Positions 1 through 11,857 of a DNA stretch of 64,000 bases are shown in pieces. The stretch is from the human T2T-CHM13v2.0 reference genome, Homo sapiens. The notes beneath the pieces are model-generated. The model was not told the origin of the DNA. It ran no database searches and was given only the letters and a program-made list of their open reading frames with translations. Position numbers and translations under genes: made by a program. The stretch's first letter is position 1, and each line of letters starts with the position of its first letter. The stretch lies in contig CP086569.2 in NCBI GenBank assembly GCA_009914755.4, positions 22,272,001 to 22,336,000 of the forward strand. The letters are read 5' to 3'.

Positions 1-575
1 TGCAGATAAATTGGAACCCTGATGCAATGCTAGTTGGAATGGAAAATGATGCAGCTACTATGGAGAAATGTCGTGGTTCCTCAAGAAAACAATATAATTA
101 TCATACTACCAAGCAATTCCACTCATATACACCCAGAATTGAATACGTGTACTCAAACAAATATTCATGCATAGAAATACTGCGGTGGAAACAACCCAAA
201 TAAAATAATGAGTTAACAGCTTGTGGAAGGAGTGAAGTGCTATGATGTAAATGAACCTTCAGGACATCATGGAAAAGGAAAGGAGAGAGATACAAAAAGT
301 CGTGTAGTGTTTGAGCCGATTAACATTAAATGCCCACAACAGTAAGTTCAGAGGCAGAACACTGACTGGTGTTTGCTAGCAGCTGAGGGAAGGGAGAAAA
401 TGGAAGGAACTGCTTAACTGGTAGTTGGAGTTTTATTTTGGAGTCATGAAAATGTTTTGGAACTCGATGGAGGTAGTTGTTGCATGACATAGAATGTATT
501 AAATGTCACTTAACTGTTTACCTTATAATAATTAATTTTGTTATGTTTATTTCATCATCAAAACAAAAATAATCA
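1..575 (+). mobile_element. Ancient L1 (L1M-type) 3' fragment: ORF2 C-terminus plus 3' UTR, ending ...gggtttc..gatgaaaatgtt..ttatggtatgtgaattatatc-like tail
   Basis: Plus-strand translation gives WNPDAMLVGMENDAATMEN... then the typical L1M 3' UTR (gaaggaactgcttaactggtagttgg...catgaaaatgttttggaactcgatgg). A paralogous copy lies at 35040-35830. Confidence 0.7.
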
Positions 576-1814
576 ACTTTTTAAAATTTTTTCCTTTACC
601 CATCCTTAGTTGCATAACCGTCATCTCTTAGAGACATATGGTCATTTCTCCAGGAAGAGATTGTCTCTCTGAGTGGAGGACCTCCCTAATTCCCTCTTCC
701 ATATGATACGAGACCTTTAACATTAAAATGTTGGAACATTATGTAAAGAACACCAAATCTGAAACACTATTTTCTCTTCTCTCAAACAACTTTTTAAAAT
801 TATTTCTTCTATGACTCCATTCTTTGTTTCCTAAATTACTAGACAGTCATGACACTGTGAATATTTCTTATGGCTTTGGAGAATCCCATGGCTCCCACAA
901 GGCCAGTTCTTCTAATGAAGCTGAAGGCAAACATTAATTCTTAGGTAAAAGTTCATTTGTAATGGTTAAGAACTACTTAGTTACTATTTTCCTTTTCATA
1001 TGAATTACTGATGACTACAAATGACATAGGGAAAACATGTAAAACCACCAAATCTTCACAATTTTAAAGTTTACATACATTGACCTTTCTCAGCTGAGGA
1101 AGGTAAATTTTCCCACATAGTTCAATCTACCTCACAAACACAAATACTGCTACCTTTGAACGACTGCATGCTAATTTTTTACATAAAAGTTCTCCTTTCT
1201 CTCTAAGTGGTTGGCTCTATCTTAAATGTTGACAAATTAAAATGTACTAGTGAAAACTTTCTAATGATAGCCAAGATTTACTTTTACTGCAATAAACAAC
1301 ACTATTAAAGGGGTCATTACAACATGGTTGCTATTTCAAAATAGAAAAAATTATCCTTTAATATACTCTTCACAGTGCTATTCCTTAAAGGTCAGCCTTT
1401 CACCTATGATATGTTCACTAGCTAATTTTCCAATGGAAATGTGTTGGCTTGGGTATCCTGAAGTCAATAAATACCTGACTTCACCAATACTCTACTTATG
1501 AAATGTAAAATTGAAAATGTCAGTTTTTAATTTCCTCCATATTAGGATGGAGGACTAAGTAAGAATTTTAATTTGTTCTGCTTACTTTCTTTGCTGAAAA
1601 CTTCTGTTTCTTGTCTTGCTTTCTTCTGTTCAGTCTGCAATCTTACAATTGTCCTTCTCAAAAATATTACTTCTATTCAATCCTACTGCTCACATCATGT
1701 TGCTTAGTACTACATTCTCTCCTCAAATAATTTCCAACCTTACACTAAGGATATTGTGTTAATGTTTAAACATCCTAGAACAATCTTAATTATTGATTTA
1801 CAGTTCAGCTAATA
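1..1814. repeat. Segmental duplication block, copy 1 (paralogue of 35231-37047, ~88-90 % identity)
   Basis: Directly alignable: 1-90 vs 35231-35330, and 1681-1814 vs 36921-37047. Homology stops at ...cttaattattgatttaca in both copies. Confidence 0.8.
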
Positions 1815-2136
1815 ACTCGATTTGAAAATTACATGGATTTTGTTATTTAGGGGAAGATCTTAAATCCCTTACAAGACCTCTTGCAGCCACGTCGCCCGTT
1901 GTTTCTACCTTGAAACTTCTTTTTTTATTTCTGGGCCCAAAATATTTGCCCAGATTTGCTCATGGCTGCTTCCTCCCCAGTGTTCCAAAGTCATCCAAAA
2001 TTCCTTAAACTCTTTATTCACCTTGAAAATCTAAGAACCTCCTTTATTGGCCTTCTCAACATTTATGTGCACATAACATTCCTATTTATTTTTACACAAC
2101 AAAATATGTGAGATTAAGTAGTTTAGAAATAACATT

Positions 2137-2412
2137 GGCTGGGTGTGGTGTCTCACACCAGTAATCCCAACACTTTGGGAGGCCGAGGCAGGTGGTTCAT
2201 GAGATGAAGAGATAGAGACCATCCTGGCCAACAGGGTGAAACCCTCTCTCGCTCAAAGTAGCAAAATTAGGTGGGCATGGTGGCGTGGCCTGTAGGCAGG
2301 AGAATCAGTTGAACCCAGGAGGCAGAGGTTGCAGTGAGCCAAGATCAACCCACTGCAATCCAGCCTGTTGACACAGTGAGACGCCATTTTAAAAAACAAA
2401 CAGACAAAAACT
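2137..2412 (+). mobile_element. Alu SINE (older subfamily)
   Basis: ggctgggtgtggtgtctcacaccagtaatcccaacactttgggaggccgaggcagg...gcagtgagccaagatc with an A-rich tail. Confidence 0.85.
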
Positions 2413-2841
2413 CTACACAAATTACCTGCTCTTTTGCTTGAAAACTAGGGGGAGAAAGGAAATTATCATAGATTACTATACAGAAGTCAAAATTATCTCC
2501 AGAGTTACCACAAAGCCATGAACCAAAAGCTACTCTTGGTTTCTACCACAGCTTGAAATACTAATTTATAAGAGTGAATAAAAATGTACTTTCTGCTATG
2601 TGCCAGGAAATGTGCTAGATGTAACAGAAATAAAAGCAACTAGGAAGACTTAAATATGCACTATATACAATTTCACAATCAATAGATTAATACATGGTAC
2701 AGCAAGTACAAAATACCTACAATACGCAATGAGGAAGAAAATATGAAATCTAAGTGGTTTTTGAAGCATAAATTGTTATTTTTGAGACACACACAGGGAA
2801 GGATAATTCTTAAGAAGTCCAAAAAAGCATTTTGGGGATAG

Positions 2842-3176
<335 letters not shown>

Positions 3177-3350
3177 TTAATAAAAAGTGCACATAAAAAC
3201 AATGGCGCCTTAGCACCATCTCCCACAACTTGCCCAAATTTCAGACATGTCCGACAGTTAAAGGTAGAATCCTCAAGAAAAATCAATGAGTTTAACAAAA
3301 ATGAATTTCTTAAAAGGACTAATATCACACTGCTCCCACCAAGCCCAGCC
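3177..3350. repeat. Unclassified ~150-170 bp dispersed repeat, copy 1 (paralogue at 7641-7800)
   Basis: The string ...aaaagtgcacat..ggcgccttagcaccatctcccacaacttgccca.atgtc.gacat.tccgacagttaaaggtagaatcctcaagaaaa.t.aatgagtttaacaaaaatga.tttctt is shared between the two copies. Confidence 0.6.
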
Positions 3351-4142
3351 TGATTAGGATCATGTTATAAAGCAAAAAAGTTCTAAAGGGCCCAGAATGG
3401 AATGAACTTGACACAATGTAAAGGAATTCAAGAGTTAACAGAATTACATAAAAGTTTAAAGCTTTAGTAAATACACAATCCCTAGATTTAAGACTCAATA
3501 GGACAAGAGACCAATGTTTGGATCAAAACAAATCCTCAAACACACTGGGGAAATGAGTAATTAGGTATTCATGTTACATACATCACTCTGGTGACAGGAA
3601 AAAAACGTCCTTAGGAGAAAAGAGCAAGGATGGGGAAAAAATGCCAGTTACTTCTTGTGTTATCCAACTTCAATGTTCTCCTATTTTTTTCTATTTTCAA
3701 GTACTTAACACTTCCTTAAATGTAAAGGTCTTATTTAAACCCACTTTCTCAAAAATATATTTTCAGAAAACGGGAGAGAATCTTTCCTTCTTGTGAGTCT
3801 GTCTAGATGTCTATCCACAGTTTTTCTGTGCTCTAGAAGTATTTCCATGAATTGGAAGTAATTGCATTAATGGCATGTAATAAATGTTGACTTATTCCTT
3901 TCATTTACATGAGGGTCCCTTATAAGTTTTAAAGCTCTTCAAAACCTTTGAAGATCTATTTACACTTATATTGAAATACAAACATAGAAAAAGTTTACCA
4001 TATATTAATTTATATAAGGTTAATTCCAATACCCTTCCAACTACAGTTGAATGTATATGGCACAAAGAAGAGGATGTCTTCATATGGCACTCTACTATCT
4101 TCAAAAGTTACATAATTCTAAAAAGACCTAGAAATACTGTTA

Positions 4143-4346
<204 letters not shown>

Positions 4347-4730
4347 CTAAAAGTTACATCAAATCAAAAATAATTGCATTTCACATCACTAGTATTATAC
4401 TTGATACTGGTCACCCCTATAGTTAGCCTATTTTGTTCCAGTTTGTTCCCTAACTCCACAACACGTTTAGTTTTCCTTATTTTCGTTTCTAAGTAGTAGG
4501 TGATCCTTACCACAGATCCTTAACCTGCTACTATGAGAATTTTCCAAATATCAAATAGATAACCCCAAAATAAGAGTTTAAAAACAATAAGGCATTTTAA
4601 TGTAGGTATACAATGAACTTTGAAAAACATGTTTTTTCAAAACATATATATAACAGACATATTTTAAATATACATATTGAAATATACATATGAAAATACA
4701 CACACACACACACACGCACACACGGTTTTA

Positions 4731-4898
<168 letters not shown>

Positions 4899-4989
4899 CT
4901 AAAAATATAAAAATTTATTACATACCATGTTGAAAACTCAAGTGAAATTCCCTTTCAGAGGCTGACATCTTTTTAGTACTTCTTACTTT

Positions 4990-6190
4990 AAATACAAACA
5001 TCAATTCAAGATGGATTAAAGACTTAAACGTTAGACCTAAAACCATGAAAACCCTAGAAGAAAACCTAGGCAATACCATTCAGGACATAGGCATGGGCAA
5101 GGACTTCATGTCTAAAACACCAAAAGCAATGGCAACACAAGACAAAATTGACAAATGGGATCTAATTAAACTAAAGAGCTTCTGTACAGCAAAAGAAACT
5201 ACCATCAGAATGAACAAGCACCCTACAAAATGGGAGAAAATTTTTGCAACCTAGTCATCCGACAAACGGCTAATATCCAGAATCTACAATGAACTCAAAC
5301 ACATTTACAAGAAAAAAACAGACAACCCCATCAAAAAGTGGTCAAAGGACATGAACAGACAGTTCTCAAAAGAAGACATTTATGCAGCCAAAAAACACAT
5401 GAGAAAATGCTCATCATCACTGGCCATCAGAGAAATGCAAATCAAAACCACAATGAGATACCATCTCACACCATTAGAATGGCAATCATTAAAAAGTCAG
5501 GAAACAACAGGTGCTGGACAGGATGTGGAGAAATAGCAACACTTTTACACTGTTGGTGGGACTGTAAACTAGTTCAACCATTGTGGAAGTCAGTGTGGCG
5601 ATTCCTCAGGGATCTAGAACTAGAAATACCATTTGACCCAGCCATCCCATTACTAGGTATATACCCAAAGGACTATAAATCATGCTGCTATAAAGACACA
5701 TGCACATGTATGTTTATTGTGGCACTATTCACAATAGCAAAGACTTGGAACCAACACAAATGTCCAACAATGATAGCGTGGATAAAGAAAATGTGGCACA
5801 TATACACCATGGAATACTATGCAGCCAAAAAAAATGATGAGTTCATGTCCTTTGTAGGGACATGGATGAAATTGGAAGTCATCATTCTCAGTAAACTATC
5901 GCAAGAACAAAAAATCAAACACCGCATATTCTCACTCATAGGTGGGAACTGAACAATGAGATCACATGGACACAGGAAGGGGAACATCACATTCTGGGGA
6001 CTGTTGTGGGGTAGGGGGAGGGAGGAGGGATAGCATTGGGAGATATACCTAATGCTAGATGACCAGTTAGTGGGTGCAGCGCGCCAGCGTGGCACATGTA
6101 TGCATATGTAACTAACCTGCACAATGTGCACATGTACCCTAAAACTTAAAGTATAATAATAAAAGGAAAAAAAAGAAAAAAAATAAATAA
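4990..6190 (+). mobile_element. Young L1PA-type 3' end (ORF2 C-terminus + 3' UTR + poly-A), 5' truncated
   Basis: ORF 5338-5952 encodes the L1 ORF2 tail (...[51 protein letters not shown]...HIYTMEYYAA...SLIGGN). It is ~96 % identical to the L1HS 3' end as recalled, and an A-rich tail sits at 6160-6195. Confidence 0.85.
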
Positions 6191-6419
6191 ATATGTAAAA
6201 TTTCTAACATACAGAGCAAAAGGGGCACTGACTTCACAGATAAATGCTGCATTTTAATATGGACCTGACAAAATCTCATTTCTAAAACTTAGATAAGAAA
6301 AGCTATTGTAATTTTCCTAAGTTGTAATGTGAAGGAGTGCCCCATTTAAATAATTTTATTTGAAAACTATATATTTATGAGGTACAGTGTGAGGTTTTGT
6401 GTATTTTCTTTCTTGAGAT

Positions 6420-6690
6420 GTATATCCCCTGTTGCCAAAATGCACTGCTCATTGCCACCTCCTCCACCCAGCCTCAAATGATCTTCCCAAAACTCAGCTT
6501 CCCAAGTAGCTGGTACTACCAGGGCTTTTTACCAGAGCTGGGAAATTTTTTGTGTTTTTTTTAAATAGACATGCGTTTCCCCATATTGCCCAAGCCAGTC
6601 TCCAAATCCTGGGTTCAAGTGATTTGCTGGCTTGGGACTATTAGAGTGATGGCATTTCAAGGGTGAACCACCACGCCCAGCGGGATATGT
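6420..6690 (-). mobile_element. Degenerate Alu/FLAM-like SINE
   Basis: Diverged reverse-complement Alu motifs: cctcaaatgatcttcccaaaactcagcttcccaagtagctggtactacc...ccaccacgcccagc. Confidence 0.5.
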
Positions 6691-7159
6691 GGATAAAAGA
6701 TTAAATCAAGCAAATTAAAATGTTCTAGGAGGAGAACATTTTAAATATTTTACCATCTTTAAGTGATTTGAAATATACAATAGGTCAAGGATCCCTGAAT
6801 CCTGGCCTTCAACCCGTACCTATCTGTGGCCTGAATGTGATGCCGGAGGATGACCTGCAATACCTGTCTGTGGAGAATGTAACGCCTGAGGATGACCTGA
6901 GGTGGTACAGTTTTATCCGGAAACCATCCTCCCTACTCCCTCGCTGGCCCTCCCTGTCCCCGTGACAGCCTCACTGCCCCACCTGGCCTCTGTCACATTG
7001 CTCCTACCGGAAGACCCGCCCCACCACGTGCCCCTCGGAGACCTGCCGCCAGCCCCCACTCCCAAACCTGTCCACCTCGCCGCCTTCTTCCCCTGCGCAA
7101 CCTTTCTCTGAGGAAAAACTGACTTCCACTAAACCAGTCCCTGATGCGAAAATAGCAAT

Positions 7160-7262
7160 GAAAGAGTCCATTACGTTACCCAGGCTGGTCTCAAACTCCT
7201 GACTTCAAGCCATCCTCCGACCTCCACTTCCCAAAATGCTAGGACTACAGGAGTAAGGCAGT
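7160..7262 (-). mobile_element. Alu 5' fragment
   Basis: cccaggctggtctcaaactcctgacttcaagccatcctccgacctccacttcccaaaatgctaggactacagg. Confidence 0.7.
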
Positions 7263-7640
7263 GTGCCAGGTTAACAGAATAACTTAAGCGCATCTATTTT
7301 GTTCCAGTTTTCGGCTATCTAACACCATTTATCTGGATTACACCTACTTATTCGGTTTAAATTATTTATGGTGCCAAAGACACATGAAACATGTTTCAAA
7401 TACTGTCATACAACGAAGGAGACAATTACAGGCTTTACAGAGGCAAACTGAAACTCAGATTATTTACGGCCCCAGACTTCTACATAAACTAACGTAATAC
7501 AATTTATGTCAAAATTTGGTAATTCCCGTCAAGCAAATCAGACATGTGACATGCGCTGACTAAAAGTATAAGTTTTTAATAGCCTTGGTTAAATATATTG
7601 CCTGTATTTTGAATGATGACCACATTCACAGAGAAAACCC

Positions 7641-7800
7641 TGTTTAATAAAAAGTGCACATGGCGCCTTAGCACCATCTCCCACAACTTGCCCACATGTC
7701 GGACATATCCGACAGTTAAAGGTAGAATCCTCAAGAAAATTAATGAGTTTAACAAAAATGAGTTTCTTAATAGCACTAAGGAGTTCTCTCCCCACTGTCT
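7641..7800. repeat. Unclassified ~150 bp dispersed repeat, copy 2 (same orientation as 3177-3350)
   Basis: About 85-90 % identical to 3190-3340. It sits ~270 bp upstream of the CpG-rich TSPY-like promoter region. Confidence 0.6.
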
Positions 7801-8069
7801 CCTCCTATAATTCAACACCCTCACATGGAAAACCCATCCCCTTTTACAGATAAAATCGCAAAACTTTTCTGTTCTTATCAAGAGACCAACCTGTCCAGAG
7901 AAACAGAAAATACACGTGCTTTTCAGCAGGACAAACAGCCTCAGGGTCGCCCGGCTCTCATGTCGTATGCATCCGGCTTTGGGACACCACGGGGCCAACT
8001 GCGGGAAGGACTGCTGGAACTGGCCTGAGGGGGAAGGACGCCAGAAGCCGTGCCCGGAAATCCCGCCTA

Positions 8070-8110
8070 CCTCCAGCGGCCAATCATTGCGAGGGCGGGG
8101 GGCGTCGACC
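8070..8110 (+). promoter_or_regulatory. CCAAT box + GC box (Sp1-like) inside a CpG-rich island, ~550 bp upstream of the TSPY-like ATG
   Basis: ccagcggccaatcattgcgagggcggggggcgtcgacc. The surrounding 7900-8700 is CpG-dense. Confidence 0.4.
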
Positions 8111-8652
8111 AGTTATTGCGAGGACTGTAGGCGTCTTACGAGGCACCCTGCCCCTAGTTGGCAGGCAGCTCCATCCTCCCGCGGTAAGCCTCCTCTGAGA
8201 AGCTGCTTGTGCCTGGCGGCGGAGGATTCCGACACACGCGGACTGTAAGCCCTTTGGCATTGTGGGCATAGAAGACCTACACCCTAACTGGCATCCTGAG
8301 TGTGGCAAGACATTAACCCACAGGGAACATATGAAACATCTTACTTCATTAGGCAGGTTAGGCTGATGGTACTAAATACTGCAGATCCAGAGGGGAGAGT
8401 GAAGAACCAGGCGAGGACGCCGCAGCTGCGGTGGCTTGGAGGGGAGTGGGGCAGGGCGGGTGCCTGGGAGAAAAGTCGACGGGTAAGTTGCTGGGGTGGA
8501 ATTCGTCTGCACCAGAAGCTGAAACCCCACAAGGACTCTATCAGGTCTAGGCAAACACAGACTCCGAGTTCCATGCTTCCTCCCTGAGGATGCTGTACTC
8601 ACAGGGGCGTTCCAAAGGACCTCTCATCCTGTGCCCCTGGGCACACGGGAGG

Positions 8653-9900
8653 CCAGCCGCCATGGTTGCCAATGCGATAACCCGTGTGCACTGCCTCGCT
8701 GGCACAGATCCTCCCGCAAGCGCCGCAGTGGCCGTCGTGCCTGCCAGTGAGGCTCTGGAAGCCCAGGGCCTCGGCCTCCGACTCCAGGGCTACTGTGTAC
8801 AGCTAACCCTGCTGGGTATCTGGGCCCCATGGTGAGTGTGGCGGACTGTGGGCCCTGCGGGGCTCCCCAGGAACCCTGTATCCACGTGGGTGTGGCACAT
8901 GTTTCTCAGAAGGGCAAGGCCCAGGGGCCCTTCCGGGAGCTTCCTCTAGAGTCTAGGGGTGCCAAGGACATGAGATGGGCAGTGTAGGCCTTAGTCTGTG
9001 GGAGCCTCAAGGAGGGCACCATGTTAAGGGGGAGGTGCTGCAGGAAAGGGCAGCCTGTGCGCAGAGCAGGGAGGCAACCCTGGGGGAGGAGGCATGCTAG
9101 TGGCTAGTGGGGGATGACATCATGGCAGAGATAGAGGTGGTGGCCAAGGAGGAGGCCAATGTGGAGCGGCAGCAGGAGGACCCGCAGGCACAGCCTGGCC
9201 CTGGCCCCAGGACGCCCCGGCCAGCAACCAACTCGCTGGACGTCCTTCACTTGGAGCTGGGCTCCAGTGAATGTCCCAGGCCGCAGGGCATCCACGGCTT
9301 CTGGGTCAGAGCCATATCCTTGCAGCTGCCAATTCGGGATGGCTGACAGGTGGGTGGGCGCCGAGCTCCCAGGAGCGGGGTTGGGGGAAACAAGGTGGTA
9401 GGCACCGGGGCTCAGCCAGGATTCAGGACATGGGGGACAACGAGGGGAACCAAGGACAGATTCATGCAGATAGAAGGGCAGCTTAATTGCGGGCACCCTG
9501 AGGGCACGTTATAGGGACAGAAAGCCAAGCACAGCACTCACAAGGGAGAATAGCACCTCAAAGGACCCTTCATAAACAGCAGAAAGTTGAAGGACACATT
9601 TCACTGGGAAAATCCCTGGAGGAAGGGGAATCTGCGCGCCCAGGCCAGCCATGGAAATACCCCTGCTCCCGGTACCTGTGTCCAGCAGGCTTATCCTAGA
9701 AACACAAGGTGCTCAATACTCGGGTTCACCGTGCACGGGGCTGCTGTCCTCTGCAAGGCAGGCACCAGCTCCTCAGACACGATTTCTTCCCTCTGCCAGT
9801 GCTGCATCCAAGGATGTTTAGGCCATGAGCATATACAACCTCCCATGAAACCACTAGAGTCTCATGGAGAGAGTCAGGCACAGCCCTGCAGCTACTTCTA
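8653..9900 (+). pseudogene. TSPY-like: TSPY-family pseudogene: diverged exon 1 (8653-~9345) and a C-terminal exon remnant (~9590-9900). It is frameshifted and the internal exons are deleted.
   Basis: ORF 9107-9346 (DDIMAEIEVVAKEEANVERQQEDPQAQPGPGPRTP...GFW) versus TSPY1 ([38 protein letters not shown]...PGFW). Upstream, MVANAITRVHCLAG...AAVAVVPASEALEAQG versus MRPEGSLTYRVPERL...AAQALVCASAKEG. Downstream, IQPPMKPLESHGESQAQ versus KRMKPPEEGTETSGDSQ. A frame change lies between 9090 and 9110. Confidence 0.55.
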
Positions 9901-10149
9901 TTCACAGCGGTTCCCTCGGGTGGACACGCCCACCCCTCAGTGAGACCAAGAGAAGAGGACACCGCACACACGGACAGCAGCAGAGCCTGTCCAGCACCCA
10001 GCACATGAGGGCCTCCCACAGCTCAGGAACCCTGAGCAAGTAGCTGCCTCACACCACAACACCCCGCCGGCAATCCCCTCCCCACTTTTTCTGTGCCTGT
10101 CCCTGGTCAGAGCAGGCTGTCTTGGCCTGCCTCCACCCGCCGCCAAGAC

Positions 10150-11775
10150 CACCACAGCTGCGAAGGTGCCCGCCAACACCAGACAGAGGACCAGGAAGGG
10201 AGGGTGCCAGACCAAAGGCCTGCGGGGTAGCCCTGCCCCACACTCTCCGTGCTCTTGCAAAGTTGCAGGGTGTTTCCCTGTGAGAGGTGACAGCGTGCTG
10301 GCAGTCCTCACAGCCCTCGCTCGCTCTCCGTGCCTCCTCTGCCTGGGCTCCCACTTTGGCGGCACTTGAGGAGCCCTTCGGCCCACCACTGCACTGTGGG
10401 AGCCCCTTTCTGGGCTGGCCAAGGCCGTAGCCGGCTCCCTCAGCTTGCAGGGAGGTATGGAGGGAGAGGCGCGAGTGGGAACCCGGGCTGCGCGCGGCGC
10501 TTGCGGGCCAGCTGGAGTTCCAGGTGGGCGTGGGCTTGGCGGGCCCTGCCCTCAGAGCAGCCTGCCGGCCCTGCCAGCCGCGTGCAATGAGGGGCTTAGC
10601 ACCCGGGCCAGTGGCTGCGGAGGGTGTACTGGGTCCTCCAGCAGTACCAGCCCACCGGCGCTGTGCTCAATTTCTCGCCGGGCCTTAGCTGCCTTTCCGC
10701 GGGGCAGGGGTCCGTAACTGCAGCCCTCCATGCCTGAGCCCCCCACCCCCTCCGTGGGCTCCTGTGCGGCCCGAGCCTCCCTCAGGAGCGCCGCCCCCTA
10801 CTCCACGGCGCCCAGTCTCATCGACCACCCAAGGTCTGAGGAGTGCAAGCGCATGGCGTGGGACTGGTAGGCAGCTCCACCTGCAGCCCCAGTGCGCGAT
10901 CCACTGGGTGAAGCCAGCTAGTCTCCTGAGTCTGGTGGGGACATGGAGAACCTTTATATATAGCTCAGGGATTGTAAATACACCAATCGGCACTCTGTAT
11001 CTAACTCAAGGTTTGTACACACACCAATCAGCACCCTGTGTCTAGCTCAGGGTTTGTGAGTGCACCAACTGACACTCTGTATCTAGCTGCTCTGGTGGGG
11101 CCTTGGAGAACCTTTATGTCTAGCTGAGGGATTGTAAATACACCAATTGGCACTCTGTATCTAGCTCAAGGTTTGTAAACACACCAATCAGCACCCTGTG
11201 TTTAGCTCAAGGTTTGTGAATGCAGCAATCAACACTCTGTATCTAGCTACTCTGGTGGGGACTTGGAGAACCTTTGTGTCCATACTCTGTATCTAACTAA
11301 TCTGATGGGGACATGGAGAACTTTTGTATCTAGCTCAGGGATTGTAAACGCACCAATCAGTGCTCTGTCAAAACACACCCCTCGGCTCTACCAATCAGCA
11401 GGATGTGGGTTGGGTCAGATAAGAGAATAAAAGCAGGCTGCCCGAGCCAGCATTGGCAACCCCCTCAGGTCCCTTTCCACACTGTGGCAGCTTTGTTCTT
11501 TCATTCTTTGCAATAAATCTTGCTACTGCTCACTCTTTGGGTCCACACTTGCTTTTATGAGCTGTAACACTCACCGCGAAGGTCTGCAGCTTCACTCCTG
11601 AGCCAGCGAGACCACGAAGCCACTAGAAGGAAGAAACTCCGAACACATCCGAACATCAGAAGGAACAAACTCCAGACGCGCCACCTTAAGAGCTGTAACA
11701 CTTACCGTGAGGGTCCGCGGCTTCATTCTTGAAGTCAGTGAGACCAAGAACCCACCAATTCTGGACACACCTGCA
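10150..11775 (+). mobile_element. LTR12-family (HERV9) LTR, apparently solo. It has a GC-rich U3, CCAAT-box subrepeats (10940-11350), TATA-like aataaaagc (11428) and aataaa (11513). The 5' boundary is uncertain.
   Basis: Characteristic 40-bp subrepeats ctagctcagggattgtaaatacaccaatcagcactctgtatctagctcaaggtttgtaaacacaccaatcagcaccctgtg, and the U5 end ...gagctgtaacactcaccgcgagggtccgcggcttcattcttgaagtcagtgagaccaagaacccaccaattc.ggacaca. No PBS follows. Confidence 0.8.
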
Positions 11776-11857
11776 CGCTCACCAAATCATCTGGTGGCTC
11801 CTTGACCAGAGGCAGATTGTGCGTCACACCCAGGTGTTGGTTGGCCGGGATCACAAA

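Noticed and set aside
5338-5952. 204-codon ORF
   Set aside because: It is the C-terminal part of L1 ORF2 inside a truncated L1PA element, not a host gene.
7825-10993. Dense overlapping ORFs in the GC-rich block (for example 9937-10422-, 10330-10590+, 10685-10993-, 8084-8308-)
   Set aside because: They come from the high GC content of a CpG island and of the LTR12 U3 region, where stop codons are rare. Apart from the TSPY-like frames there is no protein homology.
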